From Marsupella aquatica (Eukaryota; Plantae; Marchantiophyta), in contig OZ316897.1 of the NCBI GenBank assembly GCA_973895155.1, positions 23,349,455 to 23,413,454 on the forward strand: a stretch of 64,000 bases of DNA, written 5' to 3'. The notes below the pieces were generated by a model. The model ran no database searches. It was not told where the DNA came from and saw only the letters and a program-made list of their open reading frames with translations. A program made the position numbers and the translations under genes. Below, one piece after another: positions 11,871 to 24,900 of the stretch (positions are counted from its first letter, which is position 1; every line of letters begins with the position of its first letter).

Positions 11871-14864
11871 TTAATTCCTTGCCGATGATCGATGGCGTTG
11901 TGGACCCCGTCGGCTCTGCCACAACGCCTGCAGAAAATCCACTGTCCCTGCTACTGCTCCCCACTTAGCCATTTCATCCAATTGGTCTACATCCTTTACT
12001 TCCTCCGGAATTGCAGCTAAAAAGGTGGATTCTATTGTAAAGCAGTCCTCAACCTCTTCGTCTTCTTCTTCCAAGTCACCTTCCATTGGTTCTTGCCATA
12101 ATCCGCTGGGGGCTACCTCTGGTCCAAAGACACCTTCTTCGGTTAGGTTAGTGAGGCATTCTAACCAACGTACTTCATCGGCTGACTCCAGTCCACTGTC
12201 GTACCCATCTACTTTCCTTATGCTTTTTCTACGGTCATCCTTAGTGTCCCAGGATACTGTGATAGAGGGGGTCCCGAAAGTGAACTGCTTTTTACCCCAA
12301 TCTTCTATTACCTCGGCTAGGTACAGCCATGGCCTACCAATCAATAGCCGGAATGACGTAGGATTTACCGGCTTCATTACTACATAGTTAATGCTAAAGA
12401 AGATACCTCCTATCTCTGTCTTGATGCCGGTTAACACTCCCGTAGGAATGACCTGATATCCATTGGCCATGTTCAACACTCTTCCAGTCATCTCCGGTGT
12501 TAGACCCCACTCTTTTGCTGTTGAATCAATCATAATACATACCCCTGATCCTCCATCGATGGGTACCCGTAGTAATAATTCTCCTTGAATCATTAATGGT
12601 AATGTTGGGGCTCCTTGATCTTCTTCTATCATTAGTACGTCGGATCTGGTTGCTACCTTGGGTAATCTCGGCTTGCCGAGAATAGCCTTCCTTAATTGCT
12701 TCTGGAAGTACGGGCTATTTTTCAATAGTTGACCTATTGTTGCCGAGACTCTAGATTCTAGTACATCTTTAGCCAGGTCATAGGGAACAATCGGCTTCTC
12801 TTCTGGTGGTGTTTCCGTCTTGGATTCGGCCAGTTTTGCCACGCTAGTCTCCACAGCTGTTGGGTCCTCCGAAGCAAACAATGCTTTTGCTCATTTTACA
12901 TCCTTGGCAATGGCTTCGGTATTCTCCAGGGTTTCTAATTCTCTTAGTTGTTCCTTAACACTAGCCGTAACAGAGGGATAGAACAACTTAGGATGATCTC
13001 GATTGAAGTCGCTATCTTGTGAAGGATTGGTTTCACTGGTGGGCTCATGGCTTACTTGTATTGCCGGAGCCCTCCCTTCTCCTTCTGTTGATGTTGACGA
13101 AGAGTCGATCCTTTCCTCCGTAACCTTCCCTTTATTTTTGGCCAGCCCATCCCACCTTTCCTTCCTTCTGGTAGATCGAGTAGAGACCCGGTAGCAATCA
13201 TGATCTAAATCCTCCTCTGAGAAGGTTGATAGGGCTTCGGCCTCATCAGCAGATGGTACGAACTCTGCCTCGGCATCCTCTTGCCATCCTAGTTCGATGT
13301 GGTTGATTTGAACTCCTCCGGGGGTAGTACCTGGCGGTAAGATCTTGATCGGCAAAAGCTTATGATTTGCGGCCAGGCCTGCCAACCAAGTAGGACATTG
13401 CCCTAGCATATGACCTTCCTGTCGGCATCCCATACATAGCTGAGTTGGTTGTCCATCACCCTGTTTGCGTGCATTCGGGCATTCTCTAGCAAAATGGCCA
13501 GGTTGACCACAATTATAGCACGCCGCAAATCTTTGCACATTCGGCCTAGGAGGTACTGACGGGTTCTGAATAATCCGAGGATACATCTCTCCTGGATTGT
13601 TCCTTAACCCTGACCACAGAGATGCAGGTCTGTTGGATAGGTCTCGTGCTCCAGTCTCACTGATGCCGAAAACACTATCAGCGGCATCTCCTAAAAAGTA
13701 CTCTACTTCTCCCTGACATGGTCTGATCTCGGCCACATGCCGAACATGATTAGTATTAAGCTTAGGACACGCATCTTTATGGTGTCCGGTTTTATAACAT
13801 AAGGCACACCATACAGAGCTATCCTCCTGTACTACCTTCTTCTTTGGTTTTACCTCTGCAATGATAGCCTTAAGTTGCTCGGTAAGGGCTACGATGTTAT
13901 CTGGTGGCTTAGCCTCCATCTTGACTTTCGTCTTCCCTCTCCTTCTGCCCTTCCTTTTCCTAGTTTTTTCTTCTTCAGAACTAGAAGATGACTCACTCTT
14001 GCTACTCCCACTATCCGAGCTTGACTTATCACTTCTAGACTTCTTGGGATGTTTCTTCTTCTTATCTTTTTTCTTATGGGGTGATCCCTCCTCTGATGAG
14101 GAACTCTCAGACTTAAGTTGTTTCTTCCGGCTTGTGATATCTGCATTAATGTATAATTGAATATCCTTAATTGCTTCGGCTAAAGTCTCCGGGTTCTCCT
14201 TCCTAATTGCAAAACTCATCTTTTGTGGCAAAGCATTCACCAACCATTGAAGTTGCATACCTTCAGATGCATTGGTCTTTGTACGTCTTACCAGTTTCTG
14301 AAAGCGTTGCAAGAACTTCCTGAAGGATTTGTTCTCCTTGAACCAAAGTTGTCCCAACTTCAGCACTGCTAGTTCTGAAGTTTCAATGGGTCGAAACTCC
14401 TTAACAAAGAGTGTTTTGAAGATATCCCAGATGGCTTGATCTTCCACATCTAATACTCTGTACCAAGGCCTAGCCTCACCCTTGAACAGGCCGGGAAGAA
14501 TCTGCATCTTGATGGCCGATTCTCCATTTGCTGCAGCGGTTCCCTCGAAATCATCCAACCATTCGTCCGGATCCTCATCTCCTCTCCCATGAAATGCCTT
14601 GTAATGTATGCGCGACCGCTGGCTCAATCTGGTCCCTGGCCTCTCGTCTGGCCGTGCCTCTGGTTCCCCCATGTCGGTTGGAGACTCACTTCTCCTTACC
14701 GACTCTTCTTCTGGTATGTCTTCTTCGACGCCACTTCCAGTTTCGGAGCTACCAGCTCTTTCTGCCCCTCTCAGTCGCTGTGTATCATGCCACCCGGCGA
14801 GCTGCTGCAGTCGAGCTCTCTCCCGTTGAATCACTCTTTCTTCCCTCGGCGTAAGGTCAGTCAT
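11871..14864 (-). pseudogene. gag: A1 gag-protease (three CCHC knuckles; DGGS protease), one premature stop
   Basis: FHGRGDEDPDEWL capsid start, knuckles CALCYKTGHHKDAC, CYNCGQPGHFAREC and CMGCRQEGHMLGQC, then PIDGGSG and LLIGRPWL. TGA at 12891-12893 is CGA in A2/A3. Confidence 0.93.
11881..11940 (-). promoter_or_regulatory. Putative -1 ribosomal frameshift signal (A1)
   Basis: G GAT TTT heptamer followed by the 10-bp stem GGCGTTGTGG/CCACAACGCC; identical in A2 (34834-34893) and A3 (60886-60945). Confidence 0.75.
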
Positions 14865-14910
14865 TACCTATGCTTCCGTTCTAACTTCATATCTCACGGC
14901 TTAAGAAATG

Positions 14911-14929
14911 CCCCCTCCATCTAGCGCCA
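14911..14929 (-). other. Primer binding site, tRNA-Asn-like (TGGCGCTAGATGGAGGGGG)
   Basis: 4 nt from the 5' LTR end. Near-complementary to the 3' end of plant tRNA-Asn (...CCCCTCCTTCTAGCG-CCA, recalled) with one mismatch. Confidence 0.8.
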
Positions 14930-14933
14930 AAAA

Positions 14934-17900
14934 TGTGGTGCGTCCCATGGCTCCCTAAACCCAAGAAACCCCCCAGCTCAAGCCGATTCCCGCAGGTTTC
15001 GTGCTTGGCGAGGCCGTTTCCGCGGCTTAGCGGCATGGGACGCTGCTAACCTTCTACTACTACTATTAACATTTTACACACATATACTGGACAGATCCTT
15101 CATCGGGTCATGAGATACGTAGCCGGCCTAATATAGGCCTTCCCCTGTCTTCCCCTGTCTTCCCCTCCATCTTGTTAGGTATGTTTGGATTCCGCCGCCG
15201 GAATGATCCCCAATAGGCTTGGTTAAGCCGCTAAGACCTCTCTCAGCTCGACACATCCAACTCTCACTCCCCTGCTTACTTTCCTTCCTTCTGTTGATGT
15301 GGGCACTCTTCACACAAGTTAATGTGACACACAAATAGCAAAATGACTCATTCTGACTGAGTCATACCATGCACTTGCCATACAAACAGTACATCTCATA
15401 CACAAGTTCTGCGAACTAAGCCGTGAGGCCAACTCTATTAAGCTCTTAGGCATGAGGAAACATGAATATACACAAGGGTCACTGTATGACTAACCGAGAG
15501 CTTCTCGTACTACTTGATCCCAGCCCGGCTGGTGCAAACTAAAAACTTGCTAAAGAAGAGGCCCTGAGCTCCCCGCTGCCCAGGTACTTATCCTGGTAGT
15601 GGATCCGCCATTCTTTGCATCGTAAGCCTAATCTACTTAACAGTAATCTACTTGCCCGAATCTACCTATGTACAGCAAGGCAGGAGCACAAGTGTTGCTC
15701 CTACCAGTGGGACCGCAATCCCACTAAGCTAAGTGTCAGGGCCGCTCCTGGTTCTGATCCTAATCCTAAACGTGGAGATCCGCGCCCGCCCTGCCCACTC
15801 ACGCCTCCTCCCTCCACGTCCGCCCTCCCTAAAAGGAACGGCGCCCTTGCACCGTCACGACACCGGTGGTGGATCCTTAATGGACGCCCCCAACGCTTCC
15901 TCCTCAGCCACTGCCGTAGGTTCATTCTCTGACAGATTACCTGCCCTTGACTGAGTCAACTCTCCATCGGCCTGACTGGGTCCACCTTCGGCTTCAGCCT
16001 CGACACCGGCCTCGGCAATACCCACGGCTTCGGCCTCAGCCACTCCCACGGCTTCGGCTTCAGCCACTCCCTCGGCTTCGGCCTCCCCTTCCCCTAGGGT
16101 AGTTGGATCCTTAGCCGTGACCCTGTCTGGGGTCGGTGCTGGGTCTACCTCCTTGATCACCACGGCCTGTGAAGTCGTATTACTCCTTGACCCTGAAGGT
16201 TTCCGCTTCTTCTTTGTTGGTGGCTCGGCAGCTGGTCCCTTCCCCTTCCCACTTACTTCCGGCACTGGTGCAGTTGGCGCGGCTTGTCCTTCGGCAATTA
16301 CCACCCCTGGTAACTGGTTTGTCCCAACGGGAGATGGACCTGCTGCAGCTAAGCATTTAAATACTGCGACTTGTTTCTTCAGCCGCTCTGTTTGGTTGTC
16401 GGCCCGCCGCTGTAGGTTCTCCATCTTCCTCGTGATTTCCTCCAACTCCTCTTGGGTTTCATCCAGGTCCTTACATGCCCCCTCCAGCTCGTTTTTGGCC
16501 TCCTCCTGCTCCCTGTGGGCTTCCTCCAATTCCTTCTTCAAGGTAGCCCTCTCCTCCTGGGTTGCTCTTAGCTCCTTGTCGAGCTCTGCAATGATGACAG
16601 ACTCCATCTGGTTCATCTTGGCGTAAGTCTGTTCGAGCATCTCGTCCTTCTCCCTTAGGTCGGCCTTGAAGCTGGCCGTCAGGGACGCAAGCTCCTGCTG
16701 CAGCGCCATAATCCCTTGATAGGATTTCCCTAACTCGGCCTCCTTCTGCTCAAGGGCTCCGCGGATTTTCTCGAGCTCCCCTTTCAAGGCCCATTCCTTT
16801 CTTTGGGTCTCCGCCATGGCCCGGCTGTTGGCTGTTATGTGGGCCTCCTCTGTATTCTTCAGCTCTTGCTTCCACTTCTCCCTCTCTTTGATCGTGTCGG
16901 CCAACTCTTCCTGCGTCTGAGTCAGTTTATCCTTGATATTCTGATTATCAGCCTGCGCGGTGTCCAACTGCCCCTGCATGATGTTCAGCTCATGTCGTTT
17001 AATCCGCAGTTCATCTTGGGCTTTCTTGGCCGCCCCTAGATCTTCAATCTCGGCTTCCATCCTCCTAAGCCGCCGAATGACCTCGTCCTTCTTGCTTCTC
17101 TCTAAAGCCACCGCTTCTTCTAATTGGTGCTTCTCCAACTGCTCCCTATGGAAAAAGGGTCCTACCTCCAACTCCTCTCCAAAGATGCCGAGCGCAAGTT
17201 CCCCACACATCTCACCATACTCCATGGCTCTATTCTTAGCGTAGGTGGAGTAAGTAGAAGTGATCGGCATCGCCCATCGCGGCCTCTGCTCCCAAGCCGT
17301 CCTGCGGATCTCTTCAATCGTGGCTAGAGGTTTGCTTCCTTTTTTGGCTAGCCGCCTGATGTCCTCCGGCCAATCTCCTCCTGGTAAATCCTTTTCCTTA
17401 GCCAGGGCGGCCTCCTCCTCCTGCTTGATTCGCTCCTGAAATTCCTGCACCGTCTGTTTTATGCCGTCAAAGCTCGGGGGAGCAACATCTGGTGGGGGAG
17501 ACTCAGGGCTACTCTGCTGGTTGGGGTCCCCTCGCACTACCCTTGGAAGTGTGGGGACAAACCGGCCACAGGTCCTTACTCCTGGAACGTGATGGTCCGA
17601 CCCATAGCCGGAATTATCATGGCTGCAGTCCTCCACTGCCTCCTCTACCTCTTGGACGTCCGGCTTCTCCCTCTCCTCTTCGTCGGTAGGAGCTTCAGGC
17701 AATTCTGCCTCAGATTCGGAGCTTGAGGTTCCCACGTACATTCGAACACCTGGCTTGGATTCCGGCCTGATTCTCTCCTTGTCTCCAGCAAAGGGGTTTT
17801 CTCTTGTGAGCCGGTGTAGGCCTACCTCTGTAGTAGTGTCCTGCATTGTTGCCGTTGCCGTTGTTGTTGCCGATGCCGATTTCTTTTCTTTCTCCAGTAG

Positions 17901-19593
17901 TTTCAGCAGACTCTGCATGCCTGGTTGCTGCATCGGCAAGTCTTCCTTCCTGGGCCTAAACACCTGCTCGATCGTAGGACTAACAGGTGGTTGAGGCTTC
18001 TCAGCCAACGGCCTCGGCGTTGGAGCTTCCTCGGGTGCCCTTACCTGCAGGGGAAGTACCGGGGCAAAAGTCTGACCTCTGGCATACCGGCACAACAGCG
18101 GCATGTGATAGCCAAGCCGCGACACGCTCCCCATGCCGATTACCTGCTGCTCCTCCTTTAAGATCTTCTTCAATTGGTTGAGGAGGTACCCGTTGTAGTC
18201 CCGGCTTGGGTCTGGCCTTTCTGCCAGATAGACCTGTGCCTTGCCGATCTCTGCCCTCGGCAAGTTACAATGCATGGTCACCCGCAAGAAGTCGATCATC
18301 TCTCCTATGTGCGGGTTGGTGCAAGTGTTCCAGAAGAAGCCATTCTTCGTTGATGGCCCGGGGAACGACCGGAACGCCTTGTCAGGCAAGGTCTTCCTGG
18401 TATCAACTTTGGTCTTATTGCCTATCGGCAAGCCAAACACTTCGGCAATTACCTTGGGAGTAAGATAGAAATCCTTCCCATATATCCTCGTGCAATTGGT
18501 CTCGGGTTCCCATGACCCCACGAATTCTAATAGGTCTGACTCCGGTACCTCCGGCTTCAGCCATGGTAATCTTACAAAGGCCTCCAAGCCGGATCCGGCC
18601 ATGAAGCCTTGGTACTTCTTGGTCTGCATGGCCGTAAAGCATGCATCCTCCTCCCGTGCAAAATGTAGTTGCACCTCCACCGGTAGGGTTGCCGCCCAGC
18701 CCTTCCAGGTGTCATCCCTGGTTGGAATGGCCTTGATGGGATCGACCTCCTCCTCTTCGGCTTCTCCCTGCCTCCTGTTCTGCTGCTCGGCTGGCTTCTT
18801 TGGTGCCGCCGACCTCGTTCTTTTTGCCGGGGTGGCTTCATCGTTGACGGCTCCCTTCCTCTTCATCTCTGCTGCCGTGGAGGTTTCTCCTAGCACCGTT
18901 GCCTGGGTCCACCTTTCCGTGCTACCCTTTAATTCCCAGTGTATGTCGTTGCAGTTCTTGATGGCCTCTCGGATGCCGACGATGCTGTCTTTGCAAAACA
19001 GAAGATCGTCGAGTTGATTGGAAGTAGGCGTCCACAGGAACTCGTCCTTGATGAGTTCGCCTCCTAAGAAAGCCGTCTTCTGCAGCTCCCACAATCGAGC
19101 GAGCTCCTGCCATTCTCGAGCTGCCCTTTCTGATTCCTCGTCCTCGTAAGTCTTGATGTACTCAGTTGCCCGTTCGAACAGGCATCCCCAGAAATGTGCC
19201 GCTTGATTGACGTTGCTCATACCCTCCTTAGGTCGATCGTCGGTATCTACTCTCTCCCCGAGTGCTTGCCTAAGCAACTGACAGTAGTTGGCCTCCCGTA
19301 GTCATCTGCCTAGTTCGTGCTCGCAAATGAGCCACCATCTCCTGCAAGCGCTCCTTACCCCTCTCCTCTGCCGGTCCTTCTTCCCGTTGATCCTTCCTAG
19401 CCGCCGACGCTTAACGCACCCTAACCCTAATCGGGTTTTCACCCTCAGCCTTACCTCCGGCCTCTGCCCGGGTTCCATGGTTGCCCCTAATTGTTTATAT
19501 TTTCCTTGTTTTGTCCCTATACTAAGGTGTTCCTAGGGTGCCTTCCTGCTTTACCCACTTAACCGGCCGAGTGATTCCTATCTAGGCATCACA
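14934..19593 (-). repeat. A1 5' LTR (4660 bp)
   Basis: Direct repeat of 4043-8710, adjacent to the PBS and TSD. Confidence 0.95.
15855..19478 (-). pseudogene. LTR-encoded ORF (A1 5' LTR), 1207 codons with one early CGA>TGA stop; 1140 aa remain open
   Basis: ORF track 15855..19277; upstream ATG at 19476-19478 matches the other copies; stop at 19302-19304. Confidence 0.87.
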
Positions 19594-19598
19594 ACAAG

Positions 19599-21416
19599 AT
19601 GGATCAAGCAAAGACATGGATTCCAAAAATGGTTAGTACTCCTAAATCACTTTCGGGTCATGGAATGCCGCTACCTATCGCTCTCACGGGGATGTTGACC
19701 CACGGGAGAGATCCAGGAGTATATGCACACTTTAGTGTCACTGGCCTTTGGCCAGGAGATGCAGATTTCACAGTGACATCCTTGGCTAAGTGTCTTCGAG
19801 ATCTTGAAGAGTACAATGGAGACAAGACAGGTGACATGCTTGATGGCTTGCATTGGGAACCTCACAGACCTTTCTTTCAAGCCCTACTTGACTTTGATGC
19901 ATTTTTGTCAGGATATTTGGAACCAAAGAATATTCAAGTAAATAGGTATATTGGTTCTGAAGATGGAGCTGCCGACAGTCAGACTGAGACCATCCCAACC
20001 CGACAGGATGAGGATGATGGAGGGGACGTGGGTGGTGAGAAGGGCAGTCCGTTGTTCATGCCCTTGCCAAGGCACCTAACATTGCAAATGGATAATTCAG
20101 CAAAGGACAACAAAAACCAAACGGTCATGGCATTTTGCTCGGAGCTTGTGAGTAGAGGAATATTTGAAACTGTTCAAATGTCCTTTCTAATGGTTGGTCA
20201 TACGCACGAAGATGTTGATGCACTATTTTCCAAGGTATCATATCAAGTTCAGCACAAGGAAGTTGCAACCCTTCTTGCACTAATGGCAGAGGTTTGGGAA
20301 TGTGAGAGCATTCATCCAGTTCCAAGATTGATACAAGAAGTTGCATCTTACAAAGAATATCTTCAAAGTTTTAAGGTCAAAGATATTCAAGGTCACTCAA
20401 AACCGGTATCATTTCTTTTCTCTATGAGAGATAATGTACCAATATTTCAGTATAAGTCCCATGTTAAGCAAGCTTGGGCTCCCGTTGGCGGAAGGTGCAT
20501 TTGGGCAACTGATCCAATAACAAATTCTCTTCTTTTACCCAGTGGACAACCCTTAGCTAAATCCATAGGAGAGATACACAAAAAATCAGAAGAGATAATC
20601 CCATTCCTTAACAAGTACCTTGATTTTTTGAGAAGGAGTTGCATTGATGAGACGTCAATAGCATACAAGGAAAGATTTCCTCTTGTTAAATATTGGGAAA
20701 GAATTGTGGAGCTGTTGTCAAATGGGCTTGCAATGGAAGGGGAGGGAAATAATCAATTTCCATTGAAAAATGGATTTTGGCCTAAGACTAACCACAGCAC
20801 TGGTTACAAGGTCAACCAATCGGCATGCGAACAGAGTGGTCCTCTAAGTGAAGATGAGGAGAATGCAGAGATGACAGCTCTTCAAAATGAAGTCTTGGAA
20901 GAGATGGAAGATCAAGCAGCACCATTTGTTGGATCTCGAGCTGAGAGAGAACAAGGACGGTGGATTCCCCTCCAGGATATTTGTGAAGGAAACTTTGTGT
21001 TTCTTCGACCCGAGGATGATTGGGAGAAGAAAAATGGTGGAGGTCATTTCTGGTTGGTGAGAGCTTTGGGTCAGGTGGACCCTAAGCATGAAGTCCCAAT
21101 TGCATCTTCAAGAGACCCTCCTTTGACTCAACAATATGCTCCAATGTTCCCCGTGGAATGGTGGAGGCCTAAACACTCTAAACTTGATGTGAGTGAGAGT
21201 GCTAGGTATCTCAATTGTTTCATGTCCACCAAGACATGGGAACGAGATCCAGGATTTGGTGAGAACACTCAACATTGGCAGTATGCAAATTCTGCAATGT
21301 ATGGTTTTAAATCTGGAATGAAGGAAGAAAACATGGTTGGCAGAGGTTTGAAGATTCCTCGAAATGTTCTACAAACTGTCCAAAGTTATCTCCAAAGGAT
21401 GGACAAGTACACTTAG
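19599..21416 (+). pseudogene. Sola-like transposase 1, catalytic/C-terminal segment (605 aa open)
   Basis: (HDK)MDQ, LQMDNSAKDNKN and FLMVGHTHEDVDALFS motifs typical of Sola/DUF7869-type DDD transposases. Begins immediately after TSD ACAAG. Confidence 0.82.
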
Positions 21417-21636
21417 TTATCACTAGCTAAGATATAATTAGATAGTTACTAGTTTTTATGTAAGAGTTATATATATTGTGAGACCATGCCATTGAGTGTT
21501 TAGTTACTTAGTAGACTATCTACTCATTTTCTAAACTTTTGATTATTATGAATATGAATGTTTATTTTTTCTGCATAATTAAAAATATTTTTTATTAATT
21601 TATTTATTTTAAATGATTACAATAAAAGTTTTCAGG

Positions 21637-21962
21637 AAAATGTACACTTTTTAGGCCAAATGTACTTTTTGTTGCACTCAAAGCTACACTTTCTAGACTA
21701 AATGCACTGAAATGTACACTTTTTAAGCCAAATGTATCCTTTTTTCACTCAAATGTACACTTTCTAGGCCAAATGTACTAAAATGTACACTTTTTAAGCC
21801 AAATGTACATATTTTGATGCTCAAATGTACACTTTTCATTGCCCAAATATACACTCTTTAGACCAATTGTACACTTTTTTATCCCCAAATGTACACTTTT
21901 CATTGGTCAAATGTACACTTTTCCAAGCCCAAAAGTACACTTTTCATTGCCCAAATGTACAT
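21637..21962. repeat. AT-rich array of AAATGTACACTTTT units, probable subterminal repeats of DNA transposon 1
   Basis: More than ten TGTACA-centred units about 20-30 bp apart, starting about 220 bp after the transposase stop. Confidence 0.8.
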
Positions 21963-21984
21963 AAATCAAATAATAATACACTTT

Positions 21985-24900
21985 TAATGAATAGGCTGAT
22001 TGGTCAATAAGGAGAATCCATGTTCGGGCTGGCGGCGGGTCCCATTCGCACGCCCGGGTTGCAAGCGTGTCATGGGCCCTTTTTCCCCCTCCCTTGGGTC
22101 CGTATAACAAACTCCGGAAGGCGGCCACTGACACGAGCTGACCCGGACTGGAGAAGGGGCCGGTACACTACAAGCATGAAAGGCTCAACCTATAAGCGAC
22201 GAGGAGGCGTCGGGCGATCGACGAGCTCTCAGGGTATAAAAAGGGGGCCGATCCTTTGCAGTGCACCAAGCTCTCCAGTCCACGCGCCAGCTTCAATCCC
22301 AGCTCTCTCACTTTTCCTTAGTCACCTGCTATCTCCTCTGAATGTCGCACATGATCCTTTCCAGTTCGGCCATACGATTCTAGACTCAGTTCCTGTCTAT
22401 CGGAGGGCACTTGGCCGACTCATTGAAACACGCCAACCCGCGCTGTTACGAGATTGAACGCGAATACGAGAGAGCCATCCGCCTAGCAGGACGACACCAT
22501 TATCTCCTTAACTTTGAGTACCCATCCCAGAGCGAGCTTTACCGACCCGAAGAGGTATCAGGGTACTTCTTCAATGGAGGCAAATACATCGGCTTCTGGG
22601 AGGCACTGCTTCACCTTGCGGACAAGGTCTTCAATATTCTGGGCACGATCGACTTACAGAGGCACCACTTCGACCACATCCCCGCTCGGGTCCGAGCTAT
22701 CATCAATGGCGAGTTCAACACTACCCGGTCGATAGGACCATCTCCACTTGCTTCATAAAACCTCCACCAGCACTTGCAGAACTTCATGGCAACTCTACCA
22801 TCAACGACTAGTGCCGGCCAACCCGTGCCTGTACCCGCACCTACACCTCCTCGGCCTTCAGCCAAGCCAGTCCCCGCCACCGGTTCCACCACCTCTCCGA
22901 GTACGATCCATGGTGAATGCAGTACATATCAGCTCCGAAGACGAGGAGGCTCACCCTCCTCTGAATCGACGACCGTGGGGTACAAACAACCCCACACCAC
23001 CCCAGCAAGCCCAAGGGAACAACACGGTAACGCTAGCGGCCCCGACACCAATACTCACGGCAGTCGCGCTACCACCACCTGACCGAGAGGATGGAGAGAT
23101 GTCCCCTTCTTCTAGTCACCCTAGGAATCAGTCTCGGGGTAGGAAGAGGAAGGAGCCCGCAACCGTATCCGGGTTGCCTTTGGCCACGGTTGCGGTAGCC
23201 AAGCTGACCATGCATCGCATGGGGGACAACGTTCACAAGAACATCCTCCACCCCAAGCATGCATGCTATTTGAAGACCCAGGGGTTTGAGCACCTCGCCT
23301 CTCTCCCTTGAAACGGGAGCAGGTATTACGGGCAGGATATGACGGAGTTCATTCAGAACTTTGACGAGGCCCGTCAACAAACCCGAGCGCATGGGAGAGT
23401 GATGTGTCTCGATGAGGCACGTCTAAAGATGATTTTTGGCTTACCCGAGGGGATAAACCAGGTAGAGTCACGAGCTCCTGGGGGCAAGGGAGCTAAATAC
23501 CAATCCTCTAGCTTCCTGGCCGAAGGGGTAGTGGACAATGGGTTCTTAATGAGGACGTGCTTCATCCCGGAGGTAGCAGAACGCCTAGAGTTCCAGCGGT
23601 ATGCCCTCCACATGATGGAACCTAGAGGAGAAATATCGGCCGCTCAGGTCATTCAGGTGGAGAACTATCGGCCCAGGAAGTGGGCGTCCTTCTTCGTCAA
23701 GAAGTTCCACGAGGAGATGGAGCGAAGAAGGAAGACTTTGTACCTTGGTGGGAGGGCGTACTTCGCTAGCCACGTCAAAATCATCCTTGAGTGGTACGCT
23801 CGTTTCAACCGCCGGAGCCTCCCGCGTCTCAATGAGCCCGAGCTGACCCCGCCAAAATGGGTGTTCCCAGCCCAGGTAAGGCAACCGTAGCCCCGAGGCC
23901 CGAAGTCTGGCAGCTGCAAGTCCTGCTACCCCGGCCCCGCAACCCGCCGCTACCGCCCTGCCAGGCATACCCATTGACGTTATCGCGACCTTAGACGCGA
24001 TCAATTGGGACAATGCCATCGAAGCCGGGCCGGATGAAGCCGTACCCGAAGCAGATGCCACGGTAGTCGGGGAGATTCCTCCACTCCCCGCGGTGGAGGA
24101 ATCTCCCACCTCCAGTGGAACCAGCCCCTTCGACCGACTTACCTCAAGGGCTGGATGTGTCCACTCCTACTCCCGCACGGATTGGAGTCTGCCCGTGCCC
24201 AAATCCCGAAGGACATAGTCTAGACCATCCGGAACTCTTTGCGCCAGGCACATTTCTGAACGGTTTGTTGGGAGATTTCTCGCAACAGATCTCTCGGGAC
24301 ACCGGGGAATACATGGTCCGGAGGGTGGCCTACTTCTTCAACCAGGAGTTGGTTGCGGCAGTAAGGGCAGGACATGCGCAGACAGAGACCGCGCAGAGAA
24401 TCGAGTGATATCGGGTTGAGTCTGCCTACCTGAAGGACGAAGTGGCAACCCTGAAGGCTGAACTCCAGCAACTATGGCCTCAGGTAACGGCCACAGAAGA
24501 CCAGGTTGCCGAGGCTAGAGCCCAAGCAGCATTGGTAGTACAGGCCGGGCTCGGAAAGGACGCCAAGATTGCGCGGCTCCGAACCAAGATTGACGGTTTG
24601 CAGGGGCAAGCCGTCAGTTGGCAGAAGGATCTAGAGGAAGTTGACTCCAGGTCTCAGCGGGACACAGCCGAGATTGACGCCCTGAAGGCAGAGGTGACAC
24701 GGCTTCAAGGAGAAGCCACGAAATAGGCCGAGTTGGTGGATAAGCTGACGAGCGACACCCAACAACTGGAGGAGGCATGCCAGGAGGCCGCGGAAGAGGC
24801 AGACGCGGCGAAGCGGGAAAACGAATCTCTGCTGGATCAGGTCCAGCTACTCAAGCAGGATGCCGACAGGCTCAGAAGGCAGTGGGATAGCCGTTCCCAC

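Larger units (their letters stand above)
8699..11940 (-). pseudogene. pol: A1 pol (RT-RNase H-integrase)
   Basis: RVCQDYRKLN, MDGYSGYNQI, MPFGLCNAPA, FIDD, RNase H DVSG/NYSTTEREAL, HHCC zinc finger, WGIDYIGP/SDRG/ER integrase core, WLGPF. A 1-bp deletion near 11626 versus A3 separates it from the frameshift site. The stop codon lies inside the LTR. Confidence 0.95.
4043..19593 (-). mobile_element. Ty3/gypsy non-chromovirus LTR retrotransposon, family A copy A1 (15,551 bp)
   Basis: Two about 4.66-kb TG...CA LTRs, TSD ACAAG (4038-4042, 19594-19598), PBS, PPT, gag-PR then RT-RNaseH-IN order. FIDD RT motif; no chromodomain visible. Confidence 0.97.

Noticed and set aside
14911-14929. tRNA gene
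   Set aside because: Only the 3'-end complement (PBS) is present; there is no cloverleaf.
21637-21962. Array as CRISPR
   Set aside because: Units are short and degenerate, intervening sequences resemble each other, there are no cas genes and the context is eukaryotic.
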